A stretch of DNA of 31,851 bases from Opitutales bacterium (GCA_049599475.1 JBMYOQ010000051.1:1-31851), one strand, 5' to 3'. Positions 10,944-22,202 are shown, counted from the first letter of the stretch. Notes: generated by a model from the letters alone, not told the origin. Program-made: numbers and translations.

Positions 10944-12539
10944 TTAACTCAGCGCCTCGACCGCAGCACGCTCGATCACGAGCCCCTGTTGGTAGCGCTC
11001 AAAATAGGATGTAAATCCTGATACATCCTCAGGTGCTGGCGGTATTGCACGACTTACGCTTGCGGCAAAAATGGGGTTTAGAAACTGAGGCAAAGACTGC
11101 CCAAGGTCCTCGCGCATCATATACGCGGCCAAGAGGGCCATTCCCCACGCGCCGCCTTCGCCCGCGGTGTTCAGCGTCGAAACAGGCGTTCCGGTCGCAG
11201 CAGCCATGATTCGCTCACCCACTTCCGGTGTTTTAAAAAAGCCGCCATGCCCACGCAATTCATCCAAGCCGACTTGTTCTTCATTGATCAATACATCAAG
11301 CCCTACTCGCAGCGCACAGAGAGCGGAGAACAAGTGAGCTCGAATGAAATTAGCCAAAGTGAAACGACTCTCCGCAGATCGGGTAAAGAGCGGACGCCCT
11401 TCGCTGAACCCCGTAATATGTTCACCGGATACATAGCCATAGCTCAGCAAGCCGCCACAATCAGAGTCTGCCTCCAGTGCCAGAGGGAGCAGTTTCTGAA
11501 ACAGATCCGCATCTGATATTCCGATACCGATACTCTGCGCAACTTCGGCGAAGAGCCCCATCCATGCATTGTTGTCGGATGTGCAATTGTTCGCGTGTAC
11601 CATGCCAACAGGGCTTCCGTCCGGAGTCGTGACAAGATCGATCTCGTGGTATGCTCGCGACAACTCTTTCTCGAGCACGACCATTGCAAACACCGATGTG
11701 CCGGCGGATAAGTTACCCGTGCGGGCTTCGACACTGTTTGTCGCGACCATCCCCGTTCCAGCGTCGCCTTCCGGAGGGCATAAAGGAACCCCAGCTTTAA
11801 GATTTCCAGTCGGATCGAGCAAACGAGCCCCTTCCTCGGTCAACACGCCTCCGGGCTCGCCCGCACGCGAAACCTTCGGCAGAATATCCAAAAGTTTCCA
11901 GCCCACCTGTTTGTCCCGAATATGTGCATCGAACTGCTCAGCATGCTCGGCACTAAAGCTCAGCTCATCCGTATCAACCGGGAACATACCAGAAGCTTCG
12001 CACATTCCAACGACGCGACGCCCGGTCAGTTTCCAATGCACATAGCCCGCAAGCGTAGTCGCATGATCGATACGTCCAACATGCGATTCGCCATTCAAAA
12101 TGGCCTGATACAGGTGCGCGATACTCCAACGCTCTGGGATGGGATAATCGAAAAGTTCGGTGAGATCTTTCGCAGCAGGGCCCTGCTGGTTATTTCTCCA
12201 GGTTCGAAACGGCACGCACGGATTCCCATCCCTATCAAAAACAAGATAGCCATGCATCATTGCGCTCACGCCCATGGCTTTCACGCGCTTCAAGCTTATG
12301 CCCCAATTCGCTTCTACTTGCGTTTGGAGATTCCTGATACAGCTCTGAATTCCACTCCAGACATCATCCAGAGCGTATGTCCAGATTCCTTCAACGTATG
12401 CATTTTCCCAGGCGTGCGAGCCTGTCGCGATCGGAGTGGAATCCGAATCGATCAACACAGCCTTGATACGGGTAGAACCCAGTTCTATACCGAGCGCCGT
12501 CTGGCCGTTTTCAATCTCACTTTTGGGGTTTAAAGTCAT
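10944..12539 (-). CDS. araB: FGGY-family sugar kinase, L-ribulokinase by context
   Basis: Motifs [68 protein letters not shown]. Directly upstream of araA-araD. Confidence 0.88.
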   Translation of the reverse strand: MTLNPKSEIENGQTALGIELGSTRIKAVLIDSDSTPIATGSHAWENAYVEGIWTYALDDVWSGIQSCIRNLQTQVEANWGISLKRVKAMGVSAMMHGYLVFDRDGNPCVPFRTWRNNQQGPAAKDLTELFDYPIPERWSIAHLYQAILNGESHVGRIDHATTLAGYVHWKLTGRRVVGMCEASGMFPVDTDELSFSAEHAEQFDAHIRDKQVGWKLLDILPKVSRAGEPGGVLTEEGARLLDPTGNLKAGVPLCPPEGDAGTGMVATNSVEARTGNLSAGTSVFAMVVLEKELSRAYHEIDLVTTPDGSPVGMVHANNCTSDNNAWMGLFAEVAQSIGIGISDADLFQKLLPLALEADSDCGGLLSYGYVSGEHITGFSEGRPLFTRSAESRFTLANFIRAHLFSALCALRVGLDVLINEEQVGLDELRGHGGFFKTPEVGERIMAAATGTPVSTLNTAGEGGAWGMALLAAYMMREDLGQSLPQFLNPIFAASVSRAIPPAPEDVSGFTSYFERYQQGLVIERAAVEALS

Positions 12540-12547
12540 CCTATCGA

Positions 12548-13933
12548 CTATTCAGGCCACTCCCAATGGATTAAATCGTCACTCCAAGCGATGGCCAAAT
12601 CCGTACCGGAGTTGATGATCTCGGTGGATTTTGGTGCCGGGCCTTGTCCGTGGAAAAACATGATATACTTCCCAAATCGCGGGTCGTCTCGCATATCCAT
12701 AATAAAGCCAGCCGTCACGCGTTGACCGGCCCAGTGGCCCCAATCGTCTTGTCCAAGGATGTTCTCCTCAAATACGGGTTCCCAGTTCGTGAGATCCGAA
12801 GATTTGAGTAAGCCCATTCCCTTTTCCGGGGAGTGCAGCATGTAGTATTCGTCGTTTTCTACCCAGACACATACATTCTCACCGGCCAATACTTTGCCGT
12901 GATAGGTCCAATTTTTCAGATCGTAGGAATAGGAATAATTGGCTCCTGCTTGCTTGTAGAAAGCCCACCACTTGCCTTTCTCGTCCTTGTCCTCAACCAA
13001 GTAGGCATCGATCATTTTTCCGGGATTCTTGCCTTCGCCCTTGACCCAGAGCATCTCTGGCTCGCTCCAGTTTTCAAGGTCCTTACTGCGCGTGATCCAG
13101 ATACGGCAATCCTTATTACCAAAACGCAAGCGGTCGCCCCGTTTGTAATTTGGAATCACATACGTCTGCATACACAGGATCCACTCGCCATTATACCGAA
13201 TGACATTCCCAGGACTACCAAAGTTCTTCTGCTGATCCTTTTCCGTAATGATCACAGGGTCCGTCCAGGTCACTAAATCCTCAGACTTACTGTAAGCGAT
13301 ATACCAGTATATCTTTTCGTCCTCTTCCGTAAGCACGAGCGAATAATACATATAGAAGACGCCTTCATGGTAGATCACCGCAGGGTCACGGAAACCGGTG
13401 GTATCATTGCCCATCATGAGAATGGGGCTCTCCAATGCATCCAGATCAACACGCTTCAGATCTAGCTTCCACATTGCGCGCTCGTCCAAGCCAGCATCTT
13501 TAACCAAGACAAACTTATCTTCCTGCAGGCTGAGATAACGGCCCGTTGTTTTGTGCTGAAGATAATTCCAGCCCCCTTCCGCAGCAACGAGATTCCAGCA
13601 AGTATCAGGACCGCGTCCCTCAAGCCCGCTTTTGGCAAGCCTTCCACCGAGAAAACGAGTCGCCAACAAGCGCCGTAGATCTCCCTCAGAAACATCAAAG
13701 TCTAAATAAAAGGAGCCATCATCCAGATTAGTTTTTCTCCACACTCCTCCGGATTCCGCAAAACTCAGGTTGTCGGATTCCACCGCGAGGACGGCGCCCT
13801 GAACAGACCGGTTCGACACTTCATAAAGCCCGGTTCCAATTTCGTTTACGTCAAAACTTTGCGCATTTACGGCGTATCCGAACAGGAGACCCAAGATGCC
13901 TGCAAGCGCTCCGAGATAGTTGCTTATTTTCAT
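12548..13933 (-). CDS. Secreted five-bladed beta-propeller glycoside hydrolase (GH32/GH43-like) with N-terminal beta-trefoil-like module
   Basis: Likely start ATG 13933 ([25 protein letters not shown] signal peptide); the ORF track extends it to 13960. Propeller motifs [41 protein letters not shown]. Ends 8 bp before araB. Confidence 0.8.
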   Translation of the reverse strand: MKISNYLGALAGILGLLFGYAVNAQSFDVNEIGTGLYEVSNRSVQGAVLAVESDNLSFAESGGVWRKTNLDDGSFYLDFDVSEGDLRRLLATRFLGGRLAKSGLEGRGPDTCWNLVAAEGGWNYLQHKTTGRYLSLQEDKFVLVKDAGLDERAMWKLDLKRVDLDALESPILMMGNDTTGFRDPAVIYHEGVFYMYYSLVLTEEDEKIYWYIAYSKSEDLVTWTDPVIITEKDQQKNFGSPGNVIRYNGEWILCMQTYVIPNYKRGDRLRFGNKDCRIWITRSKDLENWSEPEMLWVKGEGKNPGKMIDAYLVEDKDEKGKWWAFYKQAGANYSYSYDLKNWTYHGKVLAGENVCVWVENDEYYMLHSPEKGMGLLKSSDLTNWEPVFEENILGQDDWGHWAGQRVTAGFIMDMRDDPRFGKYIMFFHGQGPAPKSTEIINSGTDLAIAWSDDLIHWEWPE

Positions 13934-14025
13934 AATTATTTTAAATTCTAGGTCGCCCATGGAATTGTATTAGACTGCTGAACACAACGGGGGCCTTATT
14001 GAACGTTGAACGGAAGGCGTATTGC
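13905..14025 (-). promoter_or_regulatory. Promoter/leader of the GH-araBAD-symporter operon, copy 1 of a 121-bp duplication
   Basis: 109/121 nt identical by manual alignment to 22174-22294. Contains TATTGAACGTTGAAC (13997-14011), a TACAAT-like -10 candidate on the minus strand and the first codons of the GH gene. Confidence 0.75.
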
Positions 14026-14162
14026 GAGCACAGGCTCGATGGGCTAGCTTAAGTTGCATTGAAGGATTGGCTCCCCCCACACACCCACTCATTACCCCTA
14101 AGATTATGTCATATGGAATCATGTTGGCATTCAAGAGGCACACCGCGAAAGGACTCTTCGAA

Positions 14163-15860
14163 ATGATAAATCATACACCTTTGGCCATTAAACGCATCGC
14201 AGTCATGTTGCTCCTGACAATAGGCCTCCCCTATAGCCTACTCGCTCAAGGCGATCTTCGGACGTTTCATAACCAAAACGGACAAGCGATCAAAGCGCGC
14301 ATAGTGTGCGTCTCCGGTGACTCAGTCTCCATTGAGCGCGATGACGGCAAGACCTTTACGGCAAAAATTGATGGATTCTCCTCCAGCGACCAAAGCTACA
14401 TCAAGCACTGGTCCTTCGCGGGCCCCGAACACCAAGAAGCCCCTCTCATTGTCCTCAACTATCTCGACGGAGAGACGCTTCCCTATCCGCTTGCGGTGAT
14501 CAAAGGGCGCAGCAAGGCCGATGTCGATACGATCAGTCTGGAGCTTAATGGAGAACGGTTGACGTTTCCCGTCCATCAACACCGCTTTAACAGCATCGTG
14601 ATGCTCAAAGAGGGAAGAAACCAATTAAACTACCTACTCCCCGACTCAGAGCACCCGTTCGAATTGACCTACACTCCGGGGAACAACCCGCGCAAACTGC
14701 GCGTCGTTTACGCCTATTTCAAAGATAGCGAAGGCCAGTATTGGGACGTCGCCACAGGAACCACTGGCAGCAAAGCGGCGATGAAAAAGAAAATCGAGCT
14801 CTCGCTCTACATGTATCAGACGAGCCTTGCTGAACTGATGAATGAATCCGGCTACGGCCGTATGACCGTCGAGTTCATGCCAGCAGAGGACGGAAGCCTT
14901 GTGCACGAGTTTGTCATTGATAAAAGTATCAAAGAATTTGCGGCAGATCCAAAGATGAGGATGCGGCTATTCAGCGAGCAGTACCCTTTCGATGAATCTA
15001 TTCAAAATGCCTATGTGGCTAACTATGTGTCACACTATAAAACCGGCCGCAACATTCACCCCGGAATGTTCAACGCAAGTCGTCGTTGCATCAATCTAGT
15101 CTCTAAATTCTGGAGTAGTAATCCGACTAACCTACACGAATTAAACTGGGCCCTGGTGGATGAGACCTTCCGAGGACCACGCGCTATTCCACAAAGCATC
15201 ACAGGACTCTGGCTCCACGAGGGAGGACATGCCATGTATGGGCAACACACCATGAACGAAGGGATCATGAATTCGGGATGCCGGTGGATCTTTAATCAGT
15301 TCCTACTCCTCAACCCATACAAATTCCGCGATACTGGCGAAACAGCCTTGGTCAACTCGCATGATAAACAGCCCGTCATTCAACCGCCGACCGCCTTTGC
15401 CTTCTCCTTGAATCCATTTCTAAATACAAACATCGCGGATAAAGATATTCTACCCCGCGCATCCAACCGCGGAAGCGTCACACTAAATGAAACCAAAGAT
15501 TCATTTATCATCGAATCGGAGCGTGGCATTCGATCTGTTGAATTCTACGAATACACCTTTCAACGGCCCGACACCAAAAGCGTCGTGATGACGCCTCATA
15601 CCTTTGTGTATCCAGAAGGCATTACAACCCCGAGCGCCAAAGATAAACTTCCCCGTAAAGTTGTGATCAACAAAGCAGAGGTCATCGCAAACCTCTTTGA
15701 GATCCCTGACCTCCGGAATGTACCCAAAATCCGTGTGCTCGACGGACACTTTGCGCATGGTCGCCATTGGCTTAAGAGAGAGGACCATCGACACGATGAG
15801 TCCTTGCTAAAGCTCCGGGACTCCAATCGATTCACCGTCCAGTCCCGAAAAAAGAAATGA
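14163..15860 (+). CDS. Secreted putative zinc metallopeptidase (metzincin-like) with N-terminal SHD1-like domain
   Basis: Likely start 14163 (MINHTPLAIKRIAVMLLLTIGLPYSLLA|Q); the ORF track extends it to 14022. SHD1-like RTFHNQNGQAIKARIV...RDDGKTF...FSSSDQSYI. Zinc motif WLHEGGHAMYGQH followed by GIM (Met-turn-like). Confidence 0.75.
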   Translation: MINHTPLAIKRIAVMLLLTIGLPYSLLAQGDLRTFHNQNGQAIKARIVCVSGDSVSIERDDGKTFTAKIDGFSSSDQSYIKHWSFAGPEHQEAPLIVLNYLDGETLPYPLAVIKGRSKADVDTISLELNGERLTFPVHQHRFNSIVMLKEGRNQLNYLLPDSEHPFELTYTPGNNPRKLRVVYAYFKDSEGQYWDVATGTTGSKAAMKKKIELSLYMYQTSLAELMNESGYGRMTVEFMPAEDGSLVHEFVIDKSIKEFAADPKMRMRLFSEQYPFDESIQNAYVANYVSHYKTGRNIHPGMFNASRRCINLVSKFWSSNPTNLHELNWALVDETFRGPRAIPQSITGLWLHEGGHAMYGQHTMNEGIMNSGCRWIFNQFLLLNPYKFRDTGETALVNSHDKQPVIQPPTAFAFSLNPFLNTNIADKDILPRASNRGSVTLNETKDSFIIESERGIRSVEFYEYTFQRPDTKSVVMTPHTFVYPEGITTPSAKDKLPRKVVINKAEVIANLFEIPDLRNVPKIRVLDGHFAHGRHWLKREDHRHDESLLKLRDSNRFTVQSRKKK

Positions 15861-15886
15861 TAGGATTAGGCCGCCATCCTTTACAG

Positions 15887-15905
15887 CGCTCCTAAATTTG
15901 GAGCG
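15887..15905. terminator. Short hairpin between convergent genes, possible terminator
   Basis: CGCTCC-TAAATTT-GGAGCG, a 6-bp stem between stops at 15860 and 15918. No clear U-tract. Confidence 0.3.
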
Positions 15906-15917
15906 GAGCAAACCGGA

Positions 15918-17492
15918 TCACTTGAACACCGGATTCACGATCTCGCCGCTGACATAGTTGATACGCGCATCGCCCTCAGTCAGCTTCTTGCCATTCAGGA
16001 CAACATTGTCGAAAACGATGTGGCTGATCACGCTACCGTCCTCCGGCCCCGCTTGGTTGTTCACCGTAACCATCTGATCGTGCTCCACCAGTGTGATGTC
16101 ACGGAAGACCACATTGCGGATGCTTCCCATCACATCAGACACCGACCATTTGGTCTGAAATATATCGAGACTGATCAAGGGCTTGAGAGAACGCTCCACG
16201 CGAATGTCCTCGAATAGCACATTGGAAACCGTCTCCTGATCGGATACGAGAACGCCCAAAACGCCTTGCTTAGTCGTGGTTGCATGCACGACATCGTTAT
16301 TGCGGAAAACAACGTCCGACACCGGCTTACGAATCTCATAGGTCACACCAAAGCTGTAGCCCCAATCCGACCAGATCGTGCAGTTTTCCACCAGCACATT
16401 GCGGACTTCTCCCCCCGGTAGTTCCTTGAGGCTTTCGGGATCGGCCAGGAACAGATCCAAGTTGCCTGAATCCATCGCTTTGATGACCACCGCATCGTCG
16501 CGCTGGCGCATGAAGCACCCACGAATCACCACATCCTGACTCGAGATCGTATTGATGCCATCCGAGTTATAACCCGCGGAGATCTCTTTTATGTTATTAA
16601 CCAGTAGATTCTGCGAACGATATAGGCTGACATTCCAACAAGTGGCGTCCCTGAGAATGATGCCGTCGATCACGACATCCTTTGATCGCGCAACGTGAAT
16701 CGGGCTTTTCCGACTGAAACGCTTGGGATCATCGGGATGTTGATCCAGACGCCCCTGACAGAAAATCCCGCGTCCTAGAATCTTCACGTTCTTCGCATCG
16801 TGAACTTTGATGGAATGATCGTAGCGCTCCAGCACGATCGGCCCGAGACGTGGAGCCCTGCGATGTTCATCTCGTATCTTCGTTTCGTTCTCCCCCACCA
16901 CACTGTAGACCACCGCACCGCCAGCGATATACAGGGTCTGATTGTCCTTGAGATCAATCGTTTCCACCTCGTGAATTCCAGGAGGGAAATAGAGCACGTT
17001 CTCGTCATTTGGATCCGGAACCTCGGTTTCGAGGCCATTGACAAACAGATGAAGCACGTGATCCGTGATGCCGTTCGGCTCGATCGTCAACTGACACTGC
17101 TCGCGCACCTTAAACCGGATTTCACCATCCACCACCGTGGCTTTGATACCACGGGATAAGGGACGCACCGTCGCCGATTTAACATCGACTCCTGCAACGC
17201 GCACACTGACCTCTACCTCCTCGTCTGTATCGAAATACCCGAAGGTGACCGGTGTAGTCGGCAAGCCACAAAACCGCCCAGTGAAATTCTTCGCGGTATA
17301 GGCTCTACCTGTATATCCAAAGACATCCTGACCAGCCACCGTTACCGTATATTTCTCCGAACGCGGCTCTCCATCTGGACCGGGATAGACCACAGTCTTT
17401 GCTGACAAGGTAGAGGCGCCACACCCGCAGAGAAGTGCCACCGCTAAAATTAGCTTATTTGATAAATTCATTCGTTCTTTAAAGGTTTTCAT
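15918..17492 (-). CDS. Right-handed beta-helix glycoside hydrolase (GH28-like / pectin-lyase fold)
   Basis: Signal peptide and motifs LYFPPGIH, LYIAGGAVV, NVKILGRG, NSDGIN, DDAVVIK, NVLVENCTIW. Start at 17492 has AGAAGGGA upstream; 17471 and 17537 are alternatives. Confidence 0.8.
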   Translation of the reverse strand: MKTFKERMNLSNKLILAVALLCGCGASTLSAKTVVYPGPDGEPRSEKYTVTVAGQDVFGYTGRAYTAKNFTGRFCGLPTTPVTFGYFDTDEEVEVSVRVAGVDVKSATVRPLSRGIKATVVDGEIRFKVREQCQLTIEPNGITDHVLHLFVNGLETEVPDPNDENVLYFPPGIHEVETIDLKDNQTLYIAGGAVVYSVVGENETKIRDEHRRAPRLGPIVLERYDHSIKVHDAKNVKILGRGIFCQGRLDQHPDDPKRFSRKSPIHVARSKDVVIDGIILRDATCWNVSLYRSQNLLVNNIKEISAGYNSDGINTISSQDVVIRGCFMRQRDDAVVIKAMDSGNLDLFLADPESLKELPGGEVRNVLVENCTIWSDWGYSFGVTYEIRKPVSDVVFRNNDVVHATTTKQGVLGVLVSDQETVSNVLFEDIRVERSLKPLISLDIFQTKWSVSDVMGSIRNVVFRDITLVEHDQMVTVNNQAGPEDGSVISHIVFDNVVLNGKKLTEGDARINYVSGEIVNPVFK

Positions 17493-17526
17493 TTTCCATC
17501 CCTTCTCTGGAACCCTCTCAGAGACC

Positions 17527-19158
17527 TCATTTGTCACTCTCTACATTCTCATAAATGACGTGTGTATGGCGCTTCGTATTTCCGGTATACTTCCATTGGT
17601 TGTTCTCCAGAACAGGTCTTGAAGTATCTGAGAGCCTCAGCGCAACGGGCGTATGGTATTCGACTCGATTGTTTTCGAATCTCAGGCCTGTCCGACAGCC
17701 CCCGATCAAAAGAGGAGCCGGATCCTCAGAGCCCCAGTGGTGTGAGAATTTACCATTCCTGAATGTATTGTGCTCAACCACTACATTATCAAAATACGAT
17801 CCCTCCAGCCAATTGGGTATATTCGGAGTGAGCTTCAACGATTCCAAGCCATTATCATGCACCACATTATGCGCGATGATCCCATTACTTGCTTTGCAGA
17901 GAATGCCCCGTGAGCGGTTATTTCCGAAAGTATTACCAATCACTTTAAAGCCGCTCCCCATTCGGTTGGTCGCACAGATCACGCTCATAGCTGAAAAAGG
18001 CACTTCATCTTCCAACTCAATGGACCAAGCGGTATGCAAAACCGAGGGGATAATCAGATCCAGTTTTTCAAGCGCTTCTTCACGAAGACCATCCGGGATG
18101 GCCGGGAGTTTTGACATGGCCACCACTTTGGATTCCGCAATCCGTTTACCTGTAAGGCTAAGCACTTCAACGGGGTCCCCCACTCGGATATTGCAGGCAT
18201 TTTTGGCCAACACGATAGACTCGTTTTTCGATTTTGGAAAAATGACATGATACGTGCCGCGAATATTCACGGCATCATCCCCCATATGATGGGCCTGACA
18301 CTCCATAATTGTCGGCCCCACCTCCGCATTGATGCTATGGAAAGCATCCCAATTACTGGATCTCAACCGGGGAAACTTCACCAGCGGATCGTTCTTCTTT
18401 CGTTCCACTTTGCAGCGGTAGTATTCGGCAGCACTGCATTCTTCGTCGAGAAAGCTAAAGCAGTTGGATGCATATACAGTCACATTCTCAAAACGAACGG
18501 AGCGGCAACGAAAACTGTATACGGCATGCGGATAATAGATGCCCCCATCACTCCGTTGCTCTTTGCGTTTCAGCACCATGATATCGCCTACCTGCATGAA
18601 ACTATCCATGGCAAGAGCGCGCTTACGATGCACGCGAAGTGCTCGAGGGCCGATCTTTTCGATCTGACTAAAATCATGAAAGGTGCGAAAGCCCGGCTTG
18701 AGCTCCATGGATACCGGATCATAGACATCCGCGTCTTTCGGCGATATATCGTCTATAGGATAACCGGCCTGAATCTCTAGATCGATTGTCTTGGGCGTTA
18801 TTTTTAGGATGACCCCTTGTGTGAACAGTTTGGGTTCATAATCGATGAAAAGGTTGAGAATCTTTAAGTTGCTGCAGTCCTGAATATGAATGGCGCGGGT
18901 ATTCTCCTGACAGACAATTTCAGAACCATTGAAGTCCACCGTCGTATCCTTGATGCCACCTAACGTGAGGTGAGCGACTTCCCCTGGCTCCAAGTAATAA
19001 ACTCCCAGGGGAATATCGATGTGCTTTTTGCCTAGAGCGACCTCTTGATAAATATACTCCTGTATATCAAAGTCCTGCGCGGCGTTGACATACATCCCAC
19101 TGATCATCAGAGCCCAGCAGATAAAAGTAGAGAAGACTGGCATGAATGGAATTCGCAT
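17527..19158 (-). CDS. Right-handed parallel beta-helix protein, GH110 (alpha-galactosidase)-like
   Basis: Signal peptide. The segment SSNWDAFH...GPTIMEC...HMGDDAVNIRG and NNRSRGILCK resemble GH110-type catalytic motifs. Confidence 0.7.
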   Translation of the reverse strand: MRIPFMPVFSTFICWALMISGMYVNAAQDFDIQEYIYQEVALGKKHIDIPLGVYYLEPGEVAHLTLGGIKDTTVDFNGSEIVCQENTRAIHIQDCSNLKILNLFIDYEPKLFTQGVILKITPKTIDLEIQAGYPIDDISPKDADVYDPVSMELKPGFRTFHDFSQIEKIGPRALRVHRKRALAMDSFMQVGDIMVLKRKEQRSDGGIYYPHAVYSFRCRSVRFENVTVYASNCFSFLDEECSAAEYYRCKVERKKNDPLVKFPRLRSSNWDAFHSINAEVGPTIMECQAHHMGDDAVNIRGTYHVIFPKSKNESIVLAKNACNIRVGDPVEVLSLTGKRIAESKVVAMSKLPAIPDGLREEALEKLDLIIPSVLHTAWSIELEDEVPFSAMSVICATNRMGSGFKVIGNTFGNNRSRGILCKASNGIIAHNVVHDNGLESLKLTPNIPNWLEGSYFDNVVVEHNTFRNGKFSHHWGSEDPAPLLIGGCRTGLRFENNRVEYHTPVALRLSDTSRPVLENNQWKYTGNTKRHTHVIYENVESDK

Positions 19159-19225
19159 CGTTGTTACACCTTAATCGTATCGAAAATTTCGTTAATTCGT
19201 ATTCGTTTATCTGGCTCCAGAATCG

Positions 19226-20674
19226 CTACTGTGTTTTCAGCTGAGCCCGGATACGATCAAACTGAGGATGCACACAGCGATCGCCCCAACGTTTTAACAC
19301 ACAGCGCAGTCCGAGATCGGATTCAGGTCCAATGCCTTGGTCTCCGGTCGCCTCAATCCACGCATCTAAAATCTCACGATGCCGCTGAAGCTCTTGGGCA
19401 AACTTTGGGTCTTCGGCTAAATTGTGAATCTCGTGTGGATCGTTTTCCAGGTCGTAGAGTTCTTCCGGATCCTTATCGTCGCGAAAGAAGACTCGTTGCG
19501 CCTCGGTCATGTTGCCCTCCTTCATGAGGCGCCTAAACTCCTTGGAAACCGGCCATCGGTCCTTGTAGCTGGCCTGCATATAGCCAACCTCCGGCATATA
19601 GTTTCGGAGGTATTTGAACTGCGGCGTCACCACGGCGCGAATCTCCTCAATCGTGAAGTCGCAGCGATCGCGAGCGGCAATTACATACTCCCGAGCTGTG
19701 TAATCGGGTCGAAGAAAATCCTTACCCTCCATGTATGCGGGTATCTCGATTCCTCCGGCTGCCAAGGTTGTCGCAGAAATATCGATACCGCTGATCAGGT
19801 CTTCGCTCACCTGCCCTGCTTCGATACCGGGGCCAGCCACAATGAAGGGCATCCGAATCCCTCCCTCGTAAAGAAACTGCTTATGGCGGTGCAGCCGATA
19901 ACCGTGATCACTAAAGAGGAAGATCAAGGTATTTTCATATTCCCCGCTTGCCTTGAGCTTTGCGATGATCTTCCCCACCCGTTCGTCGGTGTGCAGCAGC
20001 GTATCATAATGGTGCGCGATCTCTTCCCGGACCCGTGGAATATCCGGGTAATACGGGGGGACTGGCACCCCAGCGCGATCGACCACTTTGGTTACACCTT
20101 TCGACTTGCCACCTTGCAATTGAATCTGCCCAAACCATGGCTTATCTTGTGTATTGCCAGCTAATGAACGACCACTGACGAATGGTTCTGGCCCCCATTC
20201 CTGTTTATCGGGCTGGTAACTATACATCTTCTTTGTATCGAACGTAAAATTATAGTCATCCTTGGCATTGTCGTCGAAAGTCCAATACCCGTTGGCCCGC
20301 ATGATTTCGGGGATCGTCCGCATACCCTCGGGTAAATCATTGCGATCATATTCGCCCAAATTCTTGCCGCGAAACTCGGACCGCGAACTGCGATGTTCTT
20401 GAGCGCCAATCGAGGTTTGCATCATTCCCGTGACAATCGCCGACCGCGTTGCCGAGCAGACACCTGCTGGTGTATAAAAACGGTTGTAGCGAATCCCCGA
20501 GGCAGCCAGGGCATCGATGTTCGGCGTCTCAATAATCTCGTCTCCATAGCAAGAAAACCAACCGCTCACATCCTCAAGGTAGATCCAAAGCACATTGGGG
20601 CGATCCGCAGCGATCAACGAACTAAAACTGATCCCACATAGTGAGGCCAAAAAACCAATTACTAATCTTTTCAT
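19226..20674 (-). CDS. Sulfatase (S1, formylglycine-dependent)
   Basis: Motifs RPNVLWIYLED, TPNIDALA, VCSATRSAIVTG (CxAxR variant), FSDHG, LYEGGIRMPFI, ELYDLENDPHEIHNLA. Signal peptide present. ATG at 20674 (GTG at 20677). Confidence 0.95.
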   Translation of the reverse strand: MKRLVIGFLASLCGISFSSLIAADRPNVLWIYLEDVSGWFSCYGDEIIETPNIDALAASGIRYNRFYTPAGVCSATRSAIVTGMMQTSIGAQEHRSSRSEFRGKNLGEYDRNDLPEGMRTIPEIMRANGYWTFDDNAKDDYNFTFDTKKMYSYQPDKQEWGPEPFVSGRSLAGNTQDKPWFGQIQLQGGKSKGVTKVVDRAGVPVPPYYPDIPRVREEIAHHYDTLLHTDERVGKIIAKLKASGEYENTLIFLFSDHGYRLHRHKQFLYEGGIRMPFIVAGPGIEAGQVSEDLISGIDISATTLAAGGIEIPAYMEGKDFLRPDYTAREYVIAARDRCDFTIEEIRAVVTPQFKYLRNYMPEVGYMQASYKDRWPVSKEFRRLMKEGNMTEAQRVFFRDDKDPEELYDLENDPHEIHNLAEDPKFAQELQRHREILDAWIEATGDQGIGPESDLGLRCVLKRWGDRCVHPQFDRIRAQLKTQ

Positions 20675-20686
20675 CACTATTTTCTC

Positions 20687-22069
20687 TTATTGAAATCCTG
20701 AATACATCTGCACGCCCATTTCCACTTCCCAGGCCTGAAGCTTTTGCAGCAGACTGTCGACCTTCTCGGGATACTCCCCTGCCAAATCGTTGCGTTCCTC
20801 CCGATCCTGCTCAAGCTGATACAAGCTGGTTCGCCCATCCCGGTAAGCTAGAAGCTTCCACTCGCCCTCTCGGACAGAGGCATAGAGCTCCTCATAGGCA
20901 CGATAGCCATAGATTGGCTCGCCTCGCTCCAACTCTCGTTGCCCTTTTAGCATATCCACCAGCGAAACACCATCCAGGTCGTCATACTTTGCCGGATCGC
21001 CTCCGGCGATTTCCACAAAAGTCGGGAATAAATCAGTCGTCTGCACAATACTGTGGTTTTGCACGCCCGCTTCCACAACTCCCGGCCAAGCGATGATGAA
21101 TGGCACACGGGCACCCCCTTCACACAGGGTATCCTTCGTCTTACAACCACGATACGGCTCCCATTCGTAAAGGCTCCCCTGATCGGAGGTCAGAACAACA
21201 ACGGTATTTTTATCCATGCCCGTTTTATTCAGCGCAGCACGCACACGTCCGATCGACTCATCAACAGCCGCAACCTGTGCAGCAAACTGAACGCGCTTAG
21301 GGTCTCCCTTCAACCCCGGACGGCTCTTGAATTTAGGCAAATATTCCTTTTTCCCAATGTTTGGAGAGTGGACGTTATAATACCACAGAGAGACCATCAG
21401 CGGCTGACGCTCATCCCACTCCTCGATAAACGCAATCAACTCATCCGTAATCCGATCGGTCAGGTAGTTTTCGCGATCGTCCTCTTCAAGCTGCGTCGAC
21501 TTTTTGAAGTAGTCTGGGTAGTAGCTGGAAGGCTGTCCGAACGGCGTTGTTCCGATCTGGCGATCAAAGCCCTGATCTACCGGATAGAAGCCATCTCCGC
21601 CAATGTGCCATTTGCCGAGAAAGAGATTATAATAGCCCTGCTCCTTCAATGCTTCTGCATAGGAAACATGTTCAAGATCGACCCAGTTCTTGCTGGGAAA
21701 CTGAGCGGGATCCGAGCGCAGGATATGATGCGAGGGACGCCCCTGATCGTCATAGATCAACTGGACTCCCTTGGATTCTTTCGTGCGCACATGCCGGACC
21801 ATCTTTAGGCGAGCCGGATGTTTGCCAGTCAGCAAGGTGGCTCGACTCGGGCTACAGACCGGACCGCTGACGTATCCCTGCTGAAAATCCATACCATCTT
21901 GAACCAATTGATCGATGTGCGGCGTTTCAAAGAGGTCCGGATTCCGATAACCCAAATTATTCCAACCAAGATCATCCACAAAGAACAAAACAATGTTCGG
22001 TTTGTCGGCAGCAAACGACTCCACAAACAAAGCCAAGGTAAGTCCGAGAGTAAGCACCAGTTGTTTCAT
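20687..22069 (-). CDS. Sulfatase (S1, formylglycine-dependent)
   Basis: Motifs KPNIVLFFVDDLG, TPHIDQL, VCSPSRATLLTG (CxPxR), GKWHIG, TSDQG, EGGARVPFIIAWPG. Signal peptide present. Confidence 0.96.
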   Translation of the reverse strand: MKQLVLTLGLTLALFVESFAADKPNIVLFFVDDLGWNNLGYRNPDLFETPHIDQLVQDGMDFQQGYVSGPVCSPSRATLLTGKHPARLKMVRHVRTKESKGVQLIYDDQGRPSHHILRSDPAQFPSKNWVDLEHVSYAEALKEQGYYNLFLGKWHIGGDGFYPVDQGFDRQIGTTPFGQPSSYYPDYFKKSTQLEEDDRENYLTDRITDELIAFIEEWDERQPLMVSLWYYNVHSPNIGKKEYLPKFKSRPGLKGDPKRVQFAAQVAAVDESIGRVRAALNKTGMDKNTVVVLTSDQGSLYEWEPYRGCKTKDTLCEGGARVPFIIAWPGVVEAGVQNHSIVQTTDLFPTFVEIAGGDPAKYDDLDGVSLVDMLKGQRELERGEPIYGYRAYEELYASVREGEWKLLAYRDGRTSLYQLEQDREERNDLAGEYPEKVDSLLQKLQAWEVEMGVQMYSGFQ

Positions 22070-22142
22070 CTAAAAATTACGCTCCATGTTGAGTGTGATT
22101 GCAAAACGGGTTTCAGCTGAGACATACGACTGATACGGCACC

Positions 22143-22202
22143 TTACGAAGGAACACACCCTTTTCGCCAGGCGAGCGCTCCGAGATAGTTGCATACTTTC
22201 AT
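22143..22202 (-). pseudogene. 19-codon remnant of a paralogous GH gene 5' end, or a leader peptide
   Basis: MKVCNYLGALAWRKGCVPS*. The first 11 residues match the GH start at 13933 ([11 protein letters not shown]), then the sequence diverges. Confidence 0.5.
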
